Assembly: GCA_943789225.1 (NCBI GenBank)
Contig: CALSTH010000003.1
Span: forward strand, 103,395-167,394
From: an uncultured Flavobacteriaceae bacterium
GTDB taxonomy: Bacteria; Bacteroidota; Bacteroidia; Flavobacteriales; Flavobacteriaceae
Reading direction: 5' to 3'
DNA: 64,000 nt
The position numbers and the translations under genes are program-made. The first letter of the stretch is position 1. Every line of letters starts with the position of its first letter. Positions 59,124-64,000 of this stretch are shown piece after piece. The notes below the pieces were generated by a model. It was not told the DNA's origin. It saw only the letters and a list, made by a program, of their open reading frames with translations, and did no database searches.

Positions 59124-60437
59124 ATGAGTCCATTTGTTGTTAAAGCTATTCAGTTGCTTATGAGTCTATCTTTGTTGATTGTACTTCACGAACTGGGTCA
59201 TTTTATTCCAGCGCGTCTTTTTAAAACACGTGTGGAAAAATTCTTTTTATTCTTTGATGTAAAGTTTGCTCTTTTTAAGAAAAAAATTGGGGAAACCACC
59301 TACGGTATCGGGTGGTTGCCTTTGGGAGGCTATGTGAAAATTTCAGGGATGATCGATGAAAGCATGGATAAAGAGCAAATGCTACAACCTCCACAACCTT
59401 GGGAATTTCGTTCCAAACCGGCTTGGCAACGTTTGATTATCATGCTGGGTGGGGTGACGGTAAACCTTATTTTGGGTTTTCTTATTTATATGATGATCCT
59501 CTTTGTATGGGGTAAATACACTTTAGCTTCAGAAGAATTGCCTTTAGGAATGGAGCCCTCCCCTGTGGTTTCTCAGTTGGGCTTTGAAGTAGGAGATCAA
59601 ATCCTGACCGTGGATGGAAAAGAACTGGAAAATGTGATGGAAATCAATAAATATTTTCTTTTGCGCGATGTCTCCGAAGTCACGTTAAGAAGAGAAAACG
59701 GCACGAAAACCACTCTGTCAATTCCCGAAGATATAGGTTCACAGATGTTTGAATCGGGAGAGATGTTCCCTTTCACACCCGTTGTCCCTGCAGTTTTAGA
59801 CAGTATTATTCCCAACTCCCCTGCGTCTCTTGCTGGTCTTCAGTCCGATGATAAGATTTTGAATCTAAACGGAACTCCGATTTCCAACTGGACAGATTTT
59901 AAAAATTCGATGACGGAAACTTCTAGAACCCTTCAGTTGGTTTACGAACGCAATCGATCTATAGACACCTTATCACTTACTACTTCTGAAGATGGTACTA
60001 TGGGGGTCTATCCCAAATCAAATGTGTCCTTTAAGCTGGAAACCTTGACCCTGAGTGAGAGCATAGTAGAAGGTTTTGACTATGGATACTGGACGCTGAG
60101 AGACTATGTGGCTCAGTTTAAGTATATTTTTACTTCCAAAGGGGCTTCTCAATTGGGCGGCTTTGGAGCTATTGGAAATATGTTTCCAAGTCAGTGGAAC
60201 TGGAAAGGTTTTTGGTCCAGTACGGCACTGATTTCGATTATTCTAGCCTTTATGAATATTCTGCCCATTCCTGCATTGGACGGCGGGCATGTCATGTTTT
60301 TATTTTACGAAATCGTAACCGGTCGTAAACCCAATGACAAGTTTATGGAATACGCTCAAATGTTTGGCTTCTTTTTATTACTGGCGCTAGTTCTTTACGC
60401 CAATGGGAATGACTTGTTTCGAGCGTTCTTTAGTTAG
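59124..60437 (+). CDS. rseP: RIP metalloprotease RseP (M50 site-2 protease)
   Basis: HELGHF zinc motif, PDZ domains, NILPIPALDGGH. I prefer ATG 59124 (MSPFVVK) to the upstream TTG. Confidence 0.9.
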   Translation: MSPFVVKAIQLLMSLSLLIVLHELGHFIPARLFKTRVEKFFLFFDVKFALFKKKIGETTYGIGWLPLGGYVKISGMIDESMDKEQMLQPPQPWEFRSKPAWQRLIIMLGGVTVNLILGFLIYMMILFVWGKYTLASEELPLGMEPSPVVSQLGFEVGDQILTVDGKELENVMEINKYFLLRDVSEVTLRRENGTKTTLSIPEDIGSQMFESGEMFPFTPVVPAVLDSIIPNSPASLAGLQSDDKILNLNGTPISNWTDFKNSMTETSRTLQLVYERNRSIDTLSLTTSEDGTMGVYPKSNVSFKLETLTLSESIVEGFDYGYWTLRDYVAQFKYIFTSKGASQLGGFGAIGNMFPSQWNWKGFWSSTALISIILAFMNILPIPALDGGHVMFLFYEIVTGRKPNDKFMEYAQMFGFFLLLALVLYANGNDLFRAFFS

Positions 60438-60993
60438 TCGTTTCCGGTGCTTTGTAATCAATTTGAAATAAAACTTCGTTTTTTCGATTGATGAGTTTGT
60501 AGGGAGAATTGTAAACCAGCACTACAGGATCTCCTTGCAATGATATCTGGTGGGCTGCTGCTATTTGTTGCACTTCTTTTATTGCCTTTTTAGTAACCCA
60601 GTCTAGGGCGTAGCCTCCGAACGCATAGGCAATAAAATATCCAGGTTGGGACTCATAAACGTTCACTTCAGCGGACAAAGGACTGGGAGTCTGTTCTTTG
60701 GTAAAAGCACGAGGTAGTACAAACTCCATGACCTCTTTACCCTCCTCTTTTTGCATATAAACGGGTGTGGTCATTGCAATTTTTTGTCCCAACTGATTCT
60801 TCCCTGAGATGTATCCGAACAAGGCCCCAAAACCGCCCGCGCGATTGGCTTTAATTTTCATTACAGGAGGATAGTAGCGTATTTCAGCCTCTTCAAGGGT
60901 CTTAATTGTTTCGTAGTGTTGGGTTTCATACTGTTGCGCCATGGAAAAAGTGAGAGATAAAATACATAATAGAGTTGCCAAATAGGAATTCAT
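60430..60993 (-). CDS. SOUL heme-binding-family protein (secreted)
   Basis: I prefer the start at MNSYLATLLCILSLTFSMAQ (signal peptide). SOUL/HBP-like size and beta-rich sequence. Family call is from memory. Confidence 0.7.
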   Translation of the reverse strand: MNSYLATLLCILSLTFSMAQQYETQHYETIKTLEEAEIRYYPPVMKIKANRAGGFGALFGYISGKNQLGQKIAMTTPVYMQKEEGKEVMEFVLPRAFTKEQTPSPLSAEVNVYESQPGYFIAYAFGGYALDWVTKKAIKEVQQIAAAHQISLQGDPVVLVYNSPYKLINRKNEVLFQIDYKAPETTN

Positions 60994-61140
60994 TCGAGTA
61001 GGGTCATCTAGTTTAAACATTGTTCTAAAATAGGCATTGTTTGAGAACAAATCCCCCGAAGGTCTAAAAATCTACTAAACACAATTCTCACGCCACTAAA
61101 ATTATTTTTATTTTTTGTTTTTGAAATCCTGAAATGCGTT

Positions 61141-61148
61141 TATATTTG
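61141..61148 (+). promoter_or_regulatory. candidate -7 box (TATATTTG) for tRNA-Asn
   Basis: Exact TAnnTTTG match, 39 nt upstream of the mature tRNA 5' end. Motif match only. Confidence 0.3.
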
Positions 61149-61186
61149 CAGCTCGTTTATTGAATTCCTTGCGGATTCAAAAACAT

Positions 61187-61260
61187 TCCTCCTTAGCTCA
61201 GTTGGTTAGAGCATCTGACTGTTAATCAGAGGGTCCTTGGTTCGAGTCCAAGAGGGGGAG
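61187..61260 (+). tRNA. tRNA-Asn (anticodon GTT)
   Basis: Hand-folded cloverleaf: acceptor TCCTCCT/AGGGGGA, D arm GCTC-AGTTGGTTA-GAGC, anticodon arm TCTGA-CTGTTAA-TCAGA, T arm CTTGG-TTCGAGT-CCAAG, discriminator G. CCA is not encoded. Confidence 0.93.
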
Positions 61261-61305
61261 CTAGCCTAACCGCTACACTACACAAGACCTAACAAACAAT
61301 CAAAG

Positions 61306-61337
61306 CCCTTCACGCAAGTGAGGGGTTTTTTCTTTTT
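61306..61337 (+). terminator. rho-independent terminator downstream of tRNA-Asn
   Basis: CCCTTCAC-gcaa-GTGAGGGG (8-bp stem, GNRA-like loop) followed by TTTTTTCTTTTT. Confidence 0.75.
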
Positions 61338-61653
61338 GCCCCTAGATTTGCCCCTCAATTCACTCCAAAATCATCAAAATGCCCAAAAGAGCATCTCATA
61401 AATAGTTAAATTTGAGTATTCAAATCCAATCCAATAGATCGCATTTTTAACCAGCAAGGGCATGGACTACCTTAATCTATGCTATTGCATAAACTTAAGA
61501 GAATGAATTTATCTAACGATTACGCTTTGATTTTACTTTGCTTCCTGTTAGATTAATATGCGAGGTGTTATCAAAATTTCACATTGTAGACTACAAAGAT
61601 TTGCAAAGGCATGATGATGGAAGATTTGTAGAAGTAGTTTAATAATTTTAAAC

Positions 61654-61681
61654 CATCGGTACATCCTCTTCATTAAGTTTG
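61654..61681. repeat. intergenic repeat copy A (diverged; ends in TAAGTTTG, a TAnnTTTG match)
   Basis: CATCGGTACATCCTCTTCATTAAGTTTG. 26/30 identity with copy B over the aligned core. 72 nt upstream of ATG 61753. Confidence 0.6.
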
Positions 61682-61752
61682 GGGATTTCTAACCCTTTTA
61701 GAAAGGTTACATTTATTTATTGTAGGTTTGTAGATACTCTTAAACCATTCAA

Positions 61753-63003
61753 ATGAAGTTTTATCTTTCCCTTTTAACTACTTGTATTCTTTTCCTTACA
61801 CTTGTTTTTAGCTGTTCAACTGATGATGAAGAATCTGTTGCACCAGTTGTTCAAACACCTCAACCAGAGCCTGAGCCTTCAGCCCCAACACAATATACTC
61901 TAACAGTTTCAGCATCAGAAGGTGGAACAGTGTCTACTGAAGGGGGCACTTATGATGAAGGTACTGAGGTTACTGTTACAGCAACTCCAGACGATGGATA
62001 CGAGTTTATAGAATGGGATGGAAATGATAATCAGTCAAATAGTTTTACTATAAGTGTTAATTCTAACATAACCATTCAGGCAAATTTTCAGATTATACAA
62101 TCAAATCAAAATTACTATTCAAGCGGAGATATAATACCCATTGAACCTGTCGTTTTTTACGATAGAGAATTAACGATTAACGGAATCAAATTACTTGCTG
62201 CTGGTTCTATTGGAGGTCAAGAAGCTGTGCCAGATAGTTGGGTATATAAAACAGCACAAGTATTTAAACTGCTAATGGAAAGTGATGCAGAAGGAATTGA
62301 TTCTGATGCACAGATAAATATGATAAAAACCCTTAAAGGTGAAATTGGGTGGCATCAAGGATACCCGGCGGGTCAAAGAATTGCTAGAGGAGGTGGAAAT
62401 GAATATTCTCCAAATTTCTTAGATGATAACCGGAATCAATCTTATCCTGGTTTAGAAGCCTTTGAAGATGCTTTAGCTTTAGATGATATGGTATGGTACA
62501 AAAATATTGATAGTCAGGGCACAGGAGATGATGATATTAATGAAATAATTGAGCATACGCTTCATACCATTCATCGTTTTGGAGTAAGAGGAGGAGTTGA
62601 GGGCTCAACTGAGGCACTAAATATAGAGGCAGAAGAAGAAGACATTACTAATACAGATATTTTTCTTGCAATGAAAGAAGCCTACACAAATGGGGTTTTT
62701 GATATTGAAGGTTATGGAGGTGATATCAACAATCGTGATGCTTGGCCAGTTATGCTTAAAGAATACCAGTATTTATTAACCTTTGGGATGTGGGAATTCA
62801 GTGAATTTTGGGAAGGAGGAAGTCTATCTCCGGAATGGAATGATAATGCAAGAACCCCATCAGGTATTCAAGCAAATAATCCATTGGGATATGAACTTTA
62901 TAATACATACTTCAAACCTGTAATTTCAATACCAAGTAAAGAGATATTAAGAGAAATATTTAAAGACGATGACCAAGGAGAGTCAGGATATATTGTCGAT
63001 TAA
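61753..63003 (+). CDS. lipoprotein with one Listeria/Bacteroides (InlB B-repeat-like) module and a roughly 300-aa uncharacterised acidic C-terminal domain
   Basis: Lipobox LVFSCS, Pro-rich linker, YTLTVSASEGGTVSTEGGTYDEGTEVTVTATPDDGYEFIEWDG repeat. C-terminal domain not recognised. Confidence 0.75.
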   Translation: MKFYLSLLTTCILFLTLVFSCSTDDEESVAPVVQTPQPEPEPSAPTQYTLTVSASEGGTVSTEGGTYDEGTEVTVTATPDDGYEFIEWDGNDNQSNSFTISVNSNITIQANFQIIQSNQNYYSSGDIIPIEPVVFYDRELTINGIKLLAAGSIGGQEAVPDSWVYKTAQVFKLLMESDAEGIDSDAQINMIKTLKGEIGWHQGYPAGQRIARGGGNEYSPNFLDDNRNQSYPGLEAFEDALALDDMVWYKNIDSQGTGDDDINEIIEHTLHTIHRFGVRGGVEGSTEALNIEAEEEDITNTDIFLAMKEAYTNGVFDIEGYGGDINNRDAWPVMLKEYQYLLTFGMWEFSEFWEGGSLSPEWNDNARTPSGIQANNPLGYELYNTYFKPVISIPSKEILREIFKDDDQGESGYIVD

Positions 63004-63037
63004 AATCAAATCATCGGCATATCCTCTTCATTAAGTT
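63004..63037. repeat. intergenic repeat copy B
   Basis: AATCAAATCATCGGCATATCCTCTTCATTAAGTT, identical over 34 nt to copy C. Begins 1 nt after the stop of 61753-63003. Confidence 0.8.
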
Positions 63038-63281
63038 TAGGTAATATCAGTATTGAGGATTCAAAAACTTTGCGATAGAATTAGTAGATTTACACAAAAC
63101 TAAAAGGATGAAAAATTATTCAGATTTTGTGTATGAAACTTTGAAGAAGTTCTATAGATGTGAATTAAAAACTTGGAGAAAAATATTTAAGTACAAATAT
63201 TAGAGCCCTAACTCCTTACCTCTTCTGTATATAGCTTTATAGATATCCTCTACCCTATATTCTTTAAGTACTAAACTATTT

Positions 63282-63315
63282 AATCAAATCATCGGCATAT
63301 CCTCTTCATTAAGTT
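63282..63315. repeat. intergenic repeat copy C
   Basis: Same 34-mer as copy B, ending 45 nt upstream of ATG 63361. A degenerate partial copy (ATATCCTCT...TTCTTTAAGT) lies at about 63243-63270. Confidence 0.8.
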
Positions 63316-63360
63316 CAAGGAGTAATTGGTATATTCACATATTACAGAAACTTAAATTAA

Positions 63361-64000
63361 AATGAAAAAACTAATATTTTTTTATCTATTACTCACAACA
63401 TCTTTAAATGCTCAAGAAAAAATACGTCTTGAATATCAAGATTGGGATTTAAAATCATACAAGGAAAATAGAGTTCTTATATCGGAGCAGGAAGGTGTTT
63501 GGCTGGATAATGTTTCAGAGCCTGAAATCGAAATTTATAGAGCAAAAGGAAATTCAATTACAGACAAGGCGATGATAATTTGTCCTGGAGGGGGACTTTT
63601 TTTTAGTGCATATGAAAAAGAAGGTGTTAAACTTGCAAAAAAACTATCTTTAAATGGAATCACCTCAATAGTGCTGAAATATAGAACCTATCCTCGAAGG
63701 GGTTCAGTAATTGATTGGACTGAAACGATTTGGGACAAACCTCAAATGGCAATTGATAGTGCTAAAATCATTTTACCTTATTCTTCAAAAGATGCTATGA
63801 CAGCAATAGAATTTATGAGAAAAAATGCTGCAAATTATAATATTAACCCAAATAAGATTGGTTTGATGGGGTTTTCCGCAGGAGGAGCAGTAACTATGGA
63901 GACAGCTTATAACTCAACCAAAAAAAATCAACCAAACTTCATAGCTTCTATTTACCCTTGGATGGATATTGTTTTAAAACAAGAAGTGCCTAACAACAAA
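63361..64000 (+). pseudogene. alpha/beta hydrolase (esterase/lipase type), frameshifted at a T9 tract; 3' end beyond the window
   Basis: Not in the supplied ORF track. Frame 1: MKKLIFFYLLLTTSLNAQ...MIICPGGGLFF-TAG (63604-63606). Frame 2 from 63605 is open to 64000: SAYEKEGVKLAKKLSLNGITSIVLKYR...IGLMGFSAGGAVTME (GxSxG nucleophile elbow). The two parts join if T9 (63596-63604) were T8. Confidence 0.7.

Noticed and set aside
61187-61260. Whether the only tRNA in the window could be a suppressor linked to the in-frame stops.
   Set aside because: The anticodon loop CTGTTAA gives GTT (Asn). The cloverleaf is canonical.
63108-63203. 31-codon ORF (MKNYSDFVYETLKKFYRCELKTWRKIFKYKY) between repeat copies B and C as a real gene.
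   Set aside because: It is too short and of low complexity. No homology is recognisable, and in AT-rich DNA such ORFs arise by chance. It is mentioned only as context for the repeats.
61261-64000. Calling the post-tRNA-Asn region an integrative mobile element or prophage.
   Set aside because: There is no integrase, transposase or phage gene, and I could not find a direct repeat of the tRNA 3' end within the window. Only composition by eye and the 34-bp repeats point that way, so it stays a finding rather than a mobile_element feature.
1-64000. CRISPR arrays, toxin-antitoxin pairs, restriction-modification or other known defence cassettes, rRNA and IS elements.
   Set aside because: I saw no regularly spaced direct repeats, nuclease-methylase pairs or transposase-like ORFs in either the sequence or the ORF track. 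The only repeat family found is the three-copy 34-bp element near 61.6-63.3 kb.

Overview
No database search was possible, so all family calls rest on motifs I recognise in the translations. The window reads as a 64-kb chromosomal segment of a Flavobacteriia-type Bacteroidota genome. I infer this from gene content, TAnnTTTG-like -7 boxes, many lipoproteins and BNR proteins, and tightly packed same-strand gene strings. I count about 62 protein-coding loci and one tRNA (Asn-GTT). I see no rRNA, CRISPR, transposase, integrase, phage gene or canonical defence gene.

Main blocks:
- 5.9-21.6 kb: a nearly complete protoheme pathway in two divergent strings. The minus string is araC-hemH-MATE-BNR/sortilin-like-hemJ-histidine kinase. 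The plus string is hemA-C-D-E-F-antiporter-hemB.
- 23.5-28.3 kb: a four-gene hydroxyproline catabolic operon.
- 40.8-43.1 kb: an AhpD-like / ArsS radical-SAM / PNP string.
- 49.5-52.9 kb: sdhCAB.
- 55.8-58.2 kb: feoA-feoB plus a small Cys-rich ORF.
- 61.2-64 kb: tRNA-Asn, then an apparently AT-richer accessory stretch with a roughly 34-bp intergenic element present three times.

The most unusual thing I can read directly is seven disrupted accessory genes. Three carry in-frame nonsense codons (TAA, TAA, TAG). Three carry single-base frameshifts, two of them at T-runs. One is a truncated stump. All core genes look intact.

I found no convincing wholly new multi-gene system. The best hypotheses are an Asp-type PNP coupled to ArsS, transporters and a sensor kinase embedded in the heme strings, and the repeat-bounded islet after tRNA-Asn. 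Two coding regions are absent from the supplied ORF track: 1-369 on the minus strand and 63361-64000 on the plus strand.
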